In this document: piece by piece, positions 53,918 through 62,334 of the stretch
Layout: the number at the start of each line of letters is the position of its first letter
Position numbering within the stretch: position 1 is the stretch's first letter
IMG/VR virus record: IMGVR_UViG_2974636330_000001
Span: 21,023-85,022 of that record
Reading direction: 5' to 3' (one strand)
DNA length: 64,000 nucleotides
Source: a virus
Lineage: Duplodnaviria; Heunggongvirae; Uroviricota; Caudoviricetes
Translations under genes and position numbers: made by a program
The notes under the pieces: generated by a model
What the model was told of the DNA's origin: nothing
Seen by the model: only the letters and a program-made list of their open reading frames with translations
Databases searched by the model: none

Positions 53918-54310
53918 ATGCCCCAGCACTGGCATTTGGTGGACGTGGAGTACCACGATATCTTCCGCAACCCGGCCCTGTCCGAGACGTACAAGATCAA
54001 GGCTGGCTCGCTTGTACAGTGCCTGTTGATGGCCCAACTCAACGAAACCGAGAAGGGTTTCTACCAGTTGGTGTGGTTCCGGGCGGTTGAAGACTTCACC
54101 CAGTATGGCATTTGGAAGGGTGAGCTGTTGACCAAGCCGGTTCGACCGCTGGTGATGTTGGAAGAGGGCATCAGGGTGAAGCTCCGGTACGATTACGTCA
54201 CCGACTTCAAGGTGCCGGGTGAAGAGCAGACCTACTGGCAGAAGAAGGGAATGAAGGATGCCTTCAAGTTTGCCCTGCCTCCGTGCCCGGAACATCAAAA
54301 ATTGACGTAA
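53918..54310 (+). CDS. hypothetical protein
   Basis: 130-aa ORF. Confidence 0.45.
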   Translation: MPQHWHLVDVEYHDIFRNPALSETYKIKAGSLVQCLLMAQLNETEKGFYQLVWFRAVEDFTQYGIWKGELLTKPVRPLVMLEEGIRVKLRYDYVTDFKVPGEEQTYWQKKGMKDAFKFALPPCPEHQKLT

Positions 54311-54315
54311 AAACC

Positions 54316-54369
54316 TTGCATTTGGTGCGGGAACCCGTATGATAACCGTATCAAATCTGCATCCAATGG
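54316..54369 (+). promoter_or_regulatory. promoter TTGCAT(54316-21)-N16-TATGAT(54338-43) plus leader CCAATGGAGTGA
   Basis: Spacer TTGGTGCGGGAACCCG is nearly identical to the spacer at 62639-54. Confidence 0.5.
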
Positions 54370-54477
54370 AGTGAAGTCATGGGTTTCTGGTATATCGTCA
54401 TCGGTTTCGTACTCGGACTGGTCACGGGCGGCGTCATGACGCTGATGGCCAAGGCCCATGTAGGCGACAGCGTATGA
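54370..54477 (+). CDS. small membrane peptide (35 aa)
   Basis: ATG 5 nt after CCAATGGAGTGAAGTC, behind TTGCAT-N16-TATGAT. Single TM segment WYIVIGFVLGLVTGGVMTLM. Confidence 0.35.
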   Translation, partial: SEVMGFWYIVIGFVLGLVTGGVMTLMAKAHVGDSV

Positions 54478-54791
54478 GCCGCTGGCCCTCCCAGAAGACC
54501 GCGAAGGAAGAGATTCAGGCGCTGCTCGACAGCAATGATCGGGCCGTGTATCGGGCGATCATCCTGATCAACGACCGACAGACTGCCTCCGAGAAGGCGC
54601 ACAACGCCGCCGAGGAAGAGAACGGTGAGGGTTGGAGCAAGTTCGATGCGGAGTTCATGTCGAACATGGCCCACGCGATCCGCCAGTACGGCAAGTTGAC
54701 CGAGCGCCAGATGGAGTTCGCCCGGCCCAAGATCAAGCGGTACTGGAAGCAACTGATGATCATCTCCAACGAGAAAGGAGAGGCGGCATGA
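54474..54791 (+). CDS. hypothetical protein
   Basis: 105-aa ORF with ATGA overlap. Confidence 0.45.
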   Translation: MSRWPSQKTAKEEIQALLDSNDRAVYRAIILINDRQTASEKAHNAAEEENGEGWSKFDAEFMSNMAHAIRQYGKLTERQMEFARPKIKRYWKQLMIISNEKGEAA

Positions 54792-55042
54792 ACCGCTGGA
54801 CCAAGTTCCGCATCTGGCGCTTGCGCCGTAAGGAAAAGAAGCTGGAGAAGCGGTCTTCGTACCACTACGAACAGCGCAGGGAGTACGCACAGAAGGCGTA
54901 CGACATTGACCAGTTCCACCAGCCGCGCCGTTGGGGAGAGTTGCAGAACTGTGCGAACTGGCATGGCTTCTGGCTCAACCAGTACCGTGATGAGCTGCGC
55001 GAAGTGCGCGCCAAGCTGAAGGAGCTGGGCCATGTGGAGTGA
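54788..55042 (+). CDS. basic hypothetical protein
   Basis: 84 aa, Arg/Lys-rich. Confidence 0.4.
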   Translation: MNRWTKFRIWRLRRKEKKLEKRSSYHYEQRREYAQKAYDIDQFHQPRRWGELQNCANWHGFWLNQYRDELREVRAKLKELGHVE

Positions 55043-55406
55043 ATCGAAGGAGTCCGAGAAGGACGCAGCTGCTCGCCCCACGAAGAGCGAGCCGACGAAC
55101 AAGACGGGCTGGATCGCCTACTACTCCACCGACGCGAGCGGGGGCGGTTGGCACCAGCCGAAGTACCTCCACCTTCCGTGGGCCAGCGAAGACCAGTCCG
55201 ATGAAGTCCATCACTGGATCATCGACACCCGGGAGACGTGGATGCAGCACGCAAGTCGGGCGCATCTGTGCGTCCACTACGGGGTGGTTCCCCCGGTGGA
55301 AGTGGTGAAGGAACTGCGGGACGATTACGTCAAGTCGGCGAACCGTCATCTGGCACTGGCAGAAGAACTGAACAAGCAACTACAGGAGCGAGGGTTATGG
55401 GACTGA
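55032..55406 (+). CDS. hypothetical protein
   Basis: 124-aa ORF. Confidence 0.45.
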   Translation: MWSESKESEKDAAARPTKSEPTNKTGWIAYYSTDASGGGWHQPKYLHLPWASEDQSDEVHHWIIDTRETWMQHASRAHLCVHYGVVPPVEVVKELRDDYVKSANRHLALAEELNKQLQERGLWD

Positions 55407-55549
55407 AGGAAATTGCCGAGTTCGAAGCTCAGAAGCGGGAGTTGGAAGAACTCCTTCCCATGTCGATTGGCACGCAGGCGGAAGCCTCCCTGCGCCGCAA
55501 GATCAAATGGGTAGACGAGCAGATCGAAGCGGAAAAACAGGCTGCATAA
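55397..55549 (+). CDS. small coiled-coil protein (50 aa)
   Basis: In-frame ATG with RBS GGAGCGAGGG. Confidence 0.3.
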   Translation: MGLKEIAEFEAQKRELEELLPMSIGTQAEASLRRKIKWVDEQIEAEKQAA

Positions 55550-55631
55550 GGCGAATATCAGGAAATCCCTACACGCAGAAGGGAGAACCTGCCGTATACT
55601 TCACCCCAACACACCCCAAACGGAGCAAGTC

Positions 55632-55883
55632 GTGGCCAAAAGGAATCGTCAGCAGATTTTCAAAGTCCAGATTCCCATCGGTGGGGACATGGGCGCTGCG
55701 CTGATCTACAACCGGGACCGGAGTATCTGTTTCCAGCTGCCGCTGACTGATGAAGCGCGGAAGGAATTGAACCGGTACTTCAAGGAAGACGAGTACAAGA
55801 TTTATGTCGAGGGCCGACTGCAAGGCCCTGCAATGAATGCCGGGTTCGAGATTCTGAAAAGGATGCCCGAACAGGCTTGGTAA
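55632..55883 (+). CDS. hypothetical protein
   Basis: GTG after AAACGGAGCAAG; 83 aa. Confidence 0.4.
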   Translation: MAKRNRQQIFKVQIPIGGDMGAALIYNRDRSICFQLPLTDEARKELNRYFKEDEYKIYVEGRLQGPAMNAGFEILKRMPEQAW

Positions 55884-55938
55884 TGGGCGACATGCCCGGA
55901 GGTTGGCTGACCTTTTCAGCCGTAGAGGGAGACCTTAC

Positions 55939-57111
55939 ATGTACGTGAAGTATGGACTGGGCCTGATCTTGGCCCTGATCGCAAGTCCGGCGTTCGCCAC
56001 CTGCAAGAACGGTGCGACGAACTACCCGAAGTGCGACAACAACGTGCCGCCCCCGACCACGGTGGAACCGCCGAAGTCGAGCTGGTGGAATGAAGTGAAG
56101 AACGACCTGCATCAGGACCAGCATCAGGGTCAGGAGCAGGGCCAAGGGCAGGACCAGAACCAGCACCAGACCGCCAACGGTGGCAACGGGACCGGCGTCG
56201 GCGTGGGTGTCGGCTACGGCCAAGGCGGTGCCGGTGGTGATGGTGGCAAGGGCGGCAACGGCTACGGCGGTTCCTCCAACAGCAACGCCACGGGCGGCAC
56301 CGGTTACGGCGGCGCGGGCGGCAGTGTGGCCGGTTCGGGCAACTCCGCCAACACCAACCTCAACAATGCAACGGGTGGCACGGCCACCGGGGGCAGCGTG
56401 GGAAACGTGTCGAGTGGTTCGAGTTCTGGCGTGACGGTCGGCGATACGTCGCTGGCGAACAACAGCAACTCGCAGTCGGGCGCGTACTCGGGCGGCAACA
56501 GCCTGTCGAATGGTTCCGCAAGCCAGTCCGGGGCGACCAGTTCCTCGGGTGGAAACCGTACCGATTCGTCGGCGAACAACTCGGGTGGCAACAGTACGAC
56601 TACCGTCGATGCTGCGGACCGCTCGGTGACGAACTACGAATCGCAGGCCCTGTTCATCCCCAGCGTGCAGGCGGCACCGCCGAGTATCGTCGCTGGCTCA
56701 ACGGCAATCGTGGACCGGGGAGTGTGCGGCCCGCGTCAGGGGCTGGTGACCGAGGACGTGTACGGTACGTACATCGGGATGGTCCGGAAGTCGAAGGTCT
56801 ACCTCGGGAAGTCGGATCGTCTGGTGTCTATCGAAGGCCAGCCGTTCTTGCTCGATGTGGGTCCGGATGGTGTCAAGCGACTGATCGGCCATCGACCGGT
56901 GTCCTACATCGCGGTGATCGGGGTCGCGGGCAGCCGATCCATTGGACTCGGGGGCGGTAAGACCGGTGGCGACTGGGGCAATGCTGGTGCCAGTGGCGGC
57001 AGTTCCATGCAGCGGATGGTGGTGCAGACCAACCTCGAAGACTGCGAGTTCGCCCACACCGCGCCCGAGCCGGTTCGCATCGAAGTCCCGGCCAAGCGCA
57101 TCCGCCAGTAA
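55939..57111 (+). CDS. secreted Gly/Ser/Asn-rich low-complexity protein
   Basis: Signal peptide MYVKYGLGLILALIASPAFA. About 200 aa of G/N/S repeats (GGNGTGVGVGVGYGQGGAGGDGGKGGNGYGG...). Globular C-terminal ~130 aa. Confidence 0.55.
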   Translation: MYVKYGLGLILALIASPAFATCKNGATNYPKCDNNVPPPTTVEPPKSSWWNEVKNDLHQDQHQGQEQGQGQDQNQHQTANGGNGTGVGVGVGYGQGGAGGDGGKGGNGYGGSSNSNATGGTGYGGAGGSVAGSGNSANTNLNNATGGTATGGSVGNVSSGSSSGVTVGDTSLANNSNSQSGAYSGGNSLSNGSASQSGATSSSGGNRTDSSANNSGGNSTTTVDAADRSVTNYESQALFIPSVQAAPPSIVAGSTAIVDRGVCGPRQGLVTEDVYGTYIGMVRKSKVYLGKSDRLVSIEGQPFLLDVGPDGVKRLIGHRPVSYIAVIGVAGSRSIGLGGGKTGGDWGNAGASGGSSMQRMVVQTNLEDCEFAHTAPEPVRIEVPAKRIRQ

Positions 57112-57461
57112 TGTCTGACGTTACGGTCATTCTGGCCAAGGCACTGATCTGTTTCGCAGGTCAGTGTCACCCGGCTCTGGTGGGGGATTCGACTCCCACC
57201 GGGGCTTTTGTTTTGCAGGAGCGGCAGGTTTTGGCTTCTGGCTACGGCGGTGATGTTCTCCAGTTCGATGAAGACGACACGTTTGTGTGGGCCATCCACC
57301 GTGTCTGGACTGGAAACCCCAAGGAAGCCAGAATCCAAAGGCTGCAAGGCGCAGACCCGAAGCGGCGCTGGATCACGAACGGCTGTATCAACGTGATGCC
57401 AGAAGTGTATGAGCAGCTGAAAGACTGCTGCTCGACCGGCAAGCTGATAATCGAACCGTAG
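57111..57461 (+). CDS. small protein with L,D-transpeptidase-like Cys motif
   Basis: WITNGCINVMPEVYEQL resembles the YkuD catalytic (S/T)xGC(I/V)(R/N) motif. Weak. Confidence 0.3.
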   Translation: MSDVTVILAKALICFAGQCHPALVGDSTPTGAFVLQERQVLASGYGGDVLQFDEDDTFVWAIHRVWTGNPKEARIQRLQGADPKRRWITNGCINVMPEVYEQLKDCCSTGKLIIEP

Positions 57462-57475
57462 TGCAATCAATTGCA
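57462..57475 (+). repeat. TGCAATCAATTGCA (intergenic, fused to RBS AAGGAG)
   Basis: exact match. Confidence 0.9.
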
Positions 57476-57486
57476 AGGAGTGAGAA

Positions 57487-57948
57487 ATGGAACTGACCGC
57501 AGCAAATGTGAAGAAGATTTTCCTCGACTGCCTGTTCAAGGTAGGGGAACCGACTGACAACCACGTCAAGGGCGAGGGCTGCATGATGCGTGTCGGGTTC
57601 CATCCCGAACGCCTCGAAACCTATCGGGAAGATGTGCGTTCGATGTTGGATCAGCTGCCGCTGGAGTTCATGCGCAATGGTGGGGGCGGCTGGTCGTTCC
57701 TCCAGTTCCCGATGCGTCGTGACGGCAAACAATGGGGCGAGCATCAGAACTGCGATGAGCTGATCTGCCTCGGAAACGCACTGGGCTTGTGCTTGTTCAC
57801 GCTGGACCGTGAGTTGTGGGGAAGCTTGCCCGGTGGAGTCCCCTATGTCACCATTGACCTGACCAGTGGTGAGAACGAACATGCAACCGAAGCCCCCTCT
57901 GACGGATGCGTACATGAAGTCGGCCCTTCCGAAGGAAGCGCTGATTGA
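57487..57948 (+). CDS. hypothetical protein
   Basis: ATG after a palindrome copy fused to the RBS (TTGCAAGGAGTGAGAAATG). Overlaps the next ORF by ~70 nt. Confidence 0.45.
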   Translation: MELTAANVKKIFLDCLFKVGEPTDNHVKGEGCMMRVGFHPERLETYREDVRSMLDQLPLEFMRNGGGGWSFLQFPMRRDGKQWGEHQNCDELICLGNALGLCLFTLDRELWGSLPGGVPYVTIDLTSGENEHATEAPSDGCVHEVGPSEGSAD

Positions 57949-58144
57949 TCGACGGTACGGAGCGCCTGTCCCGGTGAACCGTGCGGTTGCGATCATCGAA
58001 GACCTGTTGGGCAATCTGAATCAGACCGACAACCTGCTGGCCAGTTGGCATACGATCAAGATGGCACTGGCCGCCAGCCCCGTAATCGAAGTCGCCTACC
58101 CGAACGTGGAAGCGATGAAGAAGGCCAAACTGGAGCAAGAATGA
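57881..58144 (+). CDS. hypothetical protein
   Basis: 87-aa ORF in an alternate frame. Confidence 0.35.
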   Translation: MQPKPPLTDAYMKSALPKEALIDRRYGAPVPVNRAVAIIEDLLGNLNQTDNLLASWHTIKMALAASPVIEVAYPNVEAMKKAKLEQE

Positions 58145-58320
58145 TGGCCCGCCGCACTCACTATGATCTTGTGGAAGAAATCCAAGAGCAGCTGTACCGG
58201 ATGCACGACCGGGAAGTCGAGCGGTTTGCGGCAGTAGGTGAGCTGGTGGAGCGTGGAATCGATCTGTCAGACGATGACGAAGAGTTTTTGGAAAATTTGG
58301 CGGATAGGCTCGGTATTTAG
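58141..58320 (+). CDS. small acidic protein
   Basis: 59 aa with ATGA overlap. Confidence 0.35.
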   Translation: MMARRTHYDLVEEIQEQLYRMHDREVERFAAVGELVERGIDLSDDDEEFLENLADRLGI

Positions 58321-58392
58321 GCGAAAAGCGCTTGCACTATGGCAGGGCTTTGCTATCGTATAAATATTCGGTATCCAATGGAGTGACTCAAA
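58319..58392 (+). promoter_or_regulatory. promoter GGCGAAAAGCG, TTGCAC(58332-37)-N16-TATCGT(58354-59), leader CCAATGGAGTGA
   Basis: Conserved cassette. Confidence 0.5.
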
Positions 58393-58512
58393 ATGAGCGG
58401 AACTGTTCTTCTGGTTGGTCTTCTGGTTGAAGTCCTGCTGGTAGTCCTCCATGGCTACCGCAGCAGTCAGCGCACCCTGCGCCGTGACCTCACCAAGAAG
58501 GCATACCGCTAA
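58393..58512 (+). CDS. small membrane peptide (39 aa)
   Basis: ATG after CCAATGGAGTGACTCAAA, behind TTGCAC-N16-TATCGT. Confidence 0.35.
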   Translation: MSGTVLLVGLLVEVLLVVLHGYRSSQRTLRRDLTKKAYR

Positions 58513-58820
58513 TGTCCAAGATCGCAATTAAGATGGCCAAGGCTCTGTTGAAGGGCACCGGCTTCGTCATCGTGTCCCGGGAAGAACTGGCCACCGCCCA
58601 TGCCTACATGAAGGCAGTGGATGATGAGCTGGTGGTACGGCACATTCTGGATGACAAGAACGGGGCCGATCCGAAGCAGGCGTTGCACGATATCTGTTCG
58701 TGGGATGTGCAGGTTGCGCTCGACCCGGCAGTCAGTGCTGACGCCCGTCGCCTGATCGAGCAGGGCAAGATCGAAGCCGCCGACGAACTCGAAGAAATCT
58801 ACAAGGCCCACAGCCTGTAA
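58512..58820 (+). CDS. hypothetical protein
   Basis: 102-aa ORF. Confidence 0.45.
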   Translation: MSKIAIKMAKALLKGTGFVIVSREELATAHAYMKAVDDELVVRHILDDKNGADPKQALHDICSWDVQVALDPAVSADARRLIEQGKIEAADELEEIYKAHSL

Positions 58821-58845
58821 CCCAGACCACAATGGAGTGAGCAAC

Positions 58846-59580
58846 ATGAAGAACTACGAAGAACCCACTGTTACCTTCAAGGAAGGCCCGACCGGTGGTG
58901 AAGAAATCCGCCACCCGGCATTCGGAAAGATTTGGGCCAGCCGTACGAATGGCAGGGAGAATCTGTACGGTTCGAATGTTGGCCACGACGGCTACATCAC
59001 CCTGCGGATCGATGAATCCTACATGGTGCGGGACGGCTACAGCGAACACATGTTCGGCGGTCACCACATCATCGAAGTGATGTTGAGCGAGGCGCAGTGG
59101 GTAGGGTTGATCAGCCGTATGAACCACGGCGATGGAATCCCCTGCACCCTGTCGTATCGCCCGCAAGGGCAGATGATGAAGGTGCCCCGCCTGCCGGAGC
59201 CGAAGAAGGCTGTCGAAAAGATGGAAGGCATGATCGACAGCATGACCGAAGAGCATGAGAAGCAGGCCAAGGCGTCTGCGGCCCAGCTGTGGGAACTGAT
59301 CGAGAAGCGTTTCCCGAAGAGCCTGCACCACGACGCCCGTATCATGCTGGATCGTGTGGTCGGGCAGGGCAAGTCCACCCGAGAGTTCCAGAAGGACCGC
59401 CTGACCAAGGTGAAGGAACGTTTGGTCAACGAATCGAAGGTGGAAATCGACGCCATGTTGACCAATGCGATCAGCAACTTGGGCGTGGCGAGCATCGAGC
59501 AGCTGGGCCAGATTCTGAGCGCCAACCCGGAAGCGGCCATGCAACTGATTGCACACGACAAGAAGGACTCGCAGGAATGA
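58846..59580 (+). CDS. hypothetical protein
   Basis: Leader ACAATGGAGTGAGCAACATG; 244 aa. Confidence 0.5.
   Translation: MKNYEEPTVTFKEGPTGGEEIRHPAFGKIWASRTNGRENLYGSNVGHDGYITLRIDESYMVRDGYSEHMFGGHHIIEVMLSEAQWVGLISRMNHGDGIPCTLSYRPQGQMMKVPRLPEPKKAVEKMEGMIDSMTEEHEKQAKASAAQLWELIEKRFPKSLHHDARIMLDRVVGQGKSTREFQKDRLTKVKERLVNESKVEIDAMLTNAISNLGVASIEQLGQILSANPEAAMQLIAHDKKDSQE
59540..59553 (+). repeat. TGCAACTGATTGCA (1-mismatch copy, in CDS, MQLIA)
   Basis: one substitution. Confidence 0.6.
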
Positions 59581-59966
59581 TCAAGGTTGGGATCGCCGGG
59601 AACCTGCCCGGCACCAATGGTGGCTTCACCCAGTGCGCGTTCCATGCCACGGAAGTCCCTGAAGGTACGGACCTGTTCATCAAGACCGAAGAAGACCCGA
59701 CCCTGCTGGAGAGGTATGGTGAAGCCTTCCAGTTGGGCTTGACTCACGCGATCATCGCAGACTTGTTGAAGCATATCGACAAGGAAACCTGCACCCACGA
59801 AGAGACTCACCGGGGCGGCGCGATCTGGACGATCTGTGATAGCTGCGGCAGGAAGTGGGCAGATGACGAAGGTGGCTTCCAGCCTCACAAAGATGATCCG
59901 GCAGTGGCACAGGCCCGCAAGTACATGCAAGAAAACGGCTATATGAGGAAGAAGCACAATGGCTGA
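59577..59966 (+). CDS. Cys/His-containing hypothetical protein
   Basis: ATGA overlap; CTHEETH...CDSCG. Confidence 0.4.
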   Translation: MIKVGIAGNLPGTNGGFTQCAFHATEVPEGTDLFIKTEEDPTLLERYGEAFQLGLTHAIIADLLKHIDKETCTHEETHRGGAIWTICDSCGRKWADDEGGFQPHKDDPAVAQARKYMQENGYMRKKHNG

Positions 59967-60141
59967 CAAGATCGTGGTGTTCGAAAAGGAGTACGACGGC
60001 GAGAGCCTGTACGACCTTGACCGGGATATTTCCGAGGCGATGTTGGAAGAGTACAACGACAAGGTTGGCCAGATTCCGACCAACGCTGACGGCTTCCAGA
60101 CCGGCAAGTTCAAGGTCACCGTCGTCTGGGAGGACCGGTAA
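59959..60141 (+). CDS. small hypothetical protein
   Basis: 60-aa ORF. Confidence 0.35.
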   Translation: MADKIVVFEKEYDGESLYDLDRDISEAMLEEYNDKVGQIPTNADGFQTGKFKVTVVWEDR

Positions 60142-60614
60142 TGTCGGCAGTCATCAGTCCGTGTGAGAAGTACCGTTACCTGTTGCGCCGGGGCGGAAAC
60201 GACCCGTTGCCGTTCGTGATGTTGAATCCGTCCACGGCAGATGCGAACACGGATGACCCGACGATCCGGCGCTGTATGGGTTTCGCCAAGCGGGAAGGCC
60301 GCAATGGAATTGTCGTGGTCAATTTGTACGCATTCCGCACCGCCTACCCTGCACAAATGAAGTCAGCGGCGGCAGAGGGCTTCGATATTGTCGGCCCGTT
60401 GAACGACTACAACCTGTCGCTGGTATCGCATTCGTACCCGGCAGTGGTGTGCGCGTGGGGCGCGAGCCATGTCGATCCGGAACGGGTCAAGTTCGTGGTG
60501 GACCTGATGCGGAAGAACTGCAATGTGCTGTGTTTCGGCACGACCCGCGAAGGCCATCCGCGCCATCCCCTGTACCTGAAGGGTGACGCTCCGCTGGTGG
60601 AGTTCAACCCGTGA
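60141..60614 (+). CDS. DUF1643-family protein
   Basis: KYRYLLRR...FVMLNPSTAD...DPTIRRC...VVVNLYAF matches the conserved blocks of DUF1643. Confidence 0.55.
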   Translation: MSAVISPCEKYRYLLRRGGNDPLPFVMLNPSTADANTDDPTIRRCMGFAKREGRNGIVVVNLYAFRTAYPAQMKSAAAEGFDIVGPLNDYNLSLVSHSYPAVVCAWGASHVDPERVKFVVDLMRKNCNVLCFGTTREGHPRHPLYLKGDAPLVEFNP

Positions 60615-60952
60615 ACGAAGAGCCGATCCCCGCCAGCGCTCGCCGCCGATACGCCGCAGGCCGACGCATCAAAGTACCCAAGAAGGTCAAGACGACCCGG
60701 GACGTGATGCGTCGGCACATGCGCGAAGAAGGCAAGGACTACTCGGAGCTGGCCAAGGCATGGAACATGAAGTCCGCCGAGTACGTGAAGCATCGGATGT
60801 GGAGGAAGACTCCGTTGTCTCCGCAGTACATCGACGCCTTCATCGAACTGTTGAAGCTGGACGGTCAAGACGCGCTGGAGTTGCGATTCCTCGCAGCCCT
60901 TGAAGCGGGCTGGCAGCTGGAAGGTGTAGCCTCAGCGGTTTTCTGCGAATAA
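60611..60952 (+). CDS. basic hypothetical protein
   Basis: 113-aa ORF. Confidence 0.45.
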   Translation: MNEEPIPASARRRYAAGRRIKVPKKVKTTRDVMRRHMREEGKDYSELAKAWNMKSAEYVKHRMWRKTPLSPQYIDAFIELLKLDGQDALELRFLAALEAGWQLEGVASAVFCE

Positions 60953-61021
60953 TAGGCGAAAAATGCTTGCCTTTTGGTGGGTATTAGGTACGATAATCGT
61001 ATCGGAAATCCACTGGAGTAC
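60952..61021 (+). promoter_or_regulatory. promoter GGCGAAAAATG, TTGCCT(60967-72)-N16-TACGAT(60989-94), leader CCACTGGAGTA
   Basis: Conserved cassette upstream of the ligase gene. Confidence 0.5.
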
Positions 61022-61921
61022 ATGATGGCCCTGCGTAAACCCCACAAGGCGTGTGATGCTGAGGTCCAGCACCTGCGGTTCCCCCTGATCGGTATGCCCA
61101 AGATCGACGGCGTGCGCGGTCTGGTGCAGGACAGCAAGTTGTACTCCCGGACGTTGAAGCTGCACCCGAACCTGTACAGTCAGGAGCGCTTCGGCAAGGA
61201 AGAGTACAACGGCCTCGACGGTGAACTGGCCCTCGGCGACCCCACCGGGGAGCGTCAGTGCAACCGGTCCAGCAGTGCCATCGGGCGCATCAAAGAAGAG
61301 CCGGACTTCACCCTGTGGGCCTTCGACCTGCTGACTCCGGAGACGGAAGGCATGGGCTACAAGGCCCGCCTCGTACTGCTGGCGGAGCTGGTGGAAGAGC
61401 TGGCAGTAGACCATATCCAGATCGTGCCCCACGTCCTGATCACCAGTCAGGAAGAGCTGGAGGCATGGGAGGAAGCGTGGTTGTCCGAAGGCTTCGAGGG
61501 CATCATCCTCCGCGACCCGGAGGGCAAGCACAAGCAGGGACGATCCACGGCGCGTGAGAACGGGTTCCTGCGCATCAAGCGGTTCACCGACAGCGAAGGT
61601 GTCGTCCTTGAATTGAAGGAAGGCCAGTCGAACGGGAACGAAGCTCAGATCAATGAGCTTGGGCACACCAAGCGCAGCACCCACAAGGAGAACATGAAGC
61701 CGAACGGCCTCGTGGGAACCATCGTGATGAAGGACGTGTACACCGGGCAGGTGCTGAACGTCAGCCCGGGCAACATGACCGAAGACGAACGCAAGTTCTA
61801 TTTCGAAAACCAAGACCAGATCGTCGGCAAGATCGGCAAGTACAAGGCTTTCCAGTACGGGAAGAAAGACAAGCCGCGCTTCGCAGGATGGCTGGGATTC
61901 CGCAACCCGGAGGAAATGTGA
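61022..61921 (+). CDS. ATP-dependent DNA ligase
   Basis: Leader CCACTGGAGTACATG behind TTGCCT-N16-TACGAT. Adenylation motif I MPKIDGVRG (KxDG), motif III FTLWAFD, motif IV FEGIILR, motif V FLRIKRF. Confidence 0.8.
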   Translation: MMALRKPHKACDAEVQHLRFPLIGMPKIDGVRGLVQDSKLYSRTLKLHPNLYSQERFGKEEYNGLDGELALGDPTGERQCNRSSSAIGRIKEEPDFTLWAFDLLTPETEGMGYKARLVLLAELVEELAVDHIQIVPHVLITSQEELEAWEEAWLSEGFEGIILRDPEGKHKQGRSTARENGFLRIKRFTDSEGVVLELKEGQSNGNEAQINELGHTKRSTHKENMKPNGLVGTIVMKDVYTGQVLNVSPGNMTEDERKFYFENQDQIVGKIGKYKAFQYGKKDKPRFAGWLGFRNPEEM

Positions 61922-62334
61922 AGACAACCCTGTTGAAGGCAGCCGAAGCTGCCACGTTGGTGATCATCGAGAACGTCGATCAGACGGGCTGCGAAGTATT
62001 CCAGAGTGGAATGCTGCGCTTCGATGGAGCCGATGAAAATTGTTGGCTGCTGGACGGCAGTCAGGAACTGGAAATCGACGCCGAGGGCAAGGCTGTGGCG
62101 CAGGATGACGAAGGCTCCTTGAACATGGAGTTCCGTGTTACCCACCCGTTGACCGAAGACGACCTGAAGAGCGGCAACCGTGATCCGGCAGGCAAGCGTC
62201 TGACCGAAGGCTACCGCGCCCTGCGCGGGGTGTTGGATAAGGGGCAGTTCGGCCAGCACAACTTTACGTTGGACAAGGTGCAGATCGAGGGTATCCTCGG
62301 CCTGCTGTCCGGCGAGTTCGAAGGGGTCTACTGA
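61918..62334 (+). CDS. hypothetical protein
   Basis: GTG overlapping the ligase stop; 138 aa. Confidence 0.4.
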   Translation: MKTTLLKAAEAATLVIIENVDQTGCEVFQSGMLRFDGADENCWLLDGSQELEIDAEGKAVAQDDEGSLNMEFRVTHPLTEDDLKSGNRDPAGKRLTEGYRALRGVLDKGQFGQHNFTLDKVQIEGILGLLSGEFEGVY

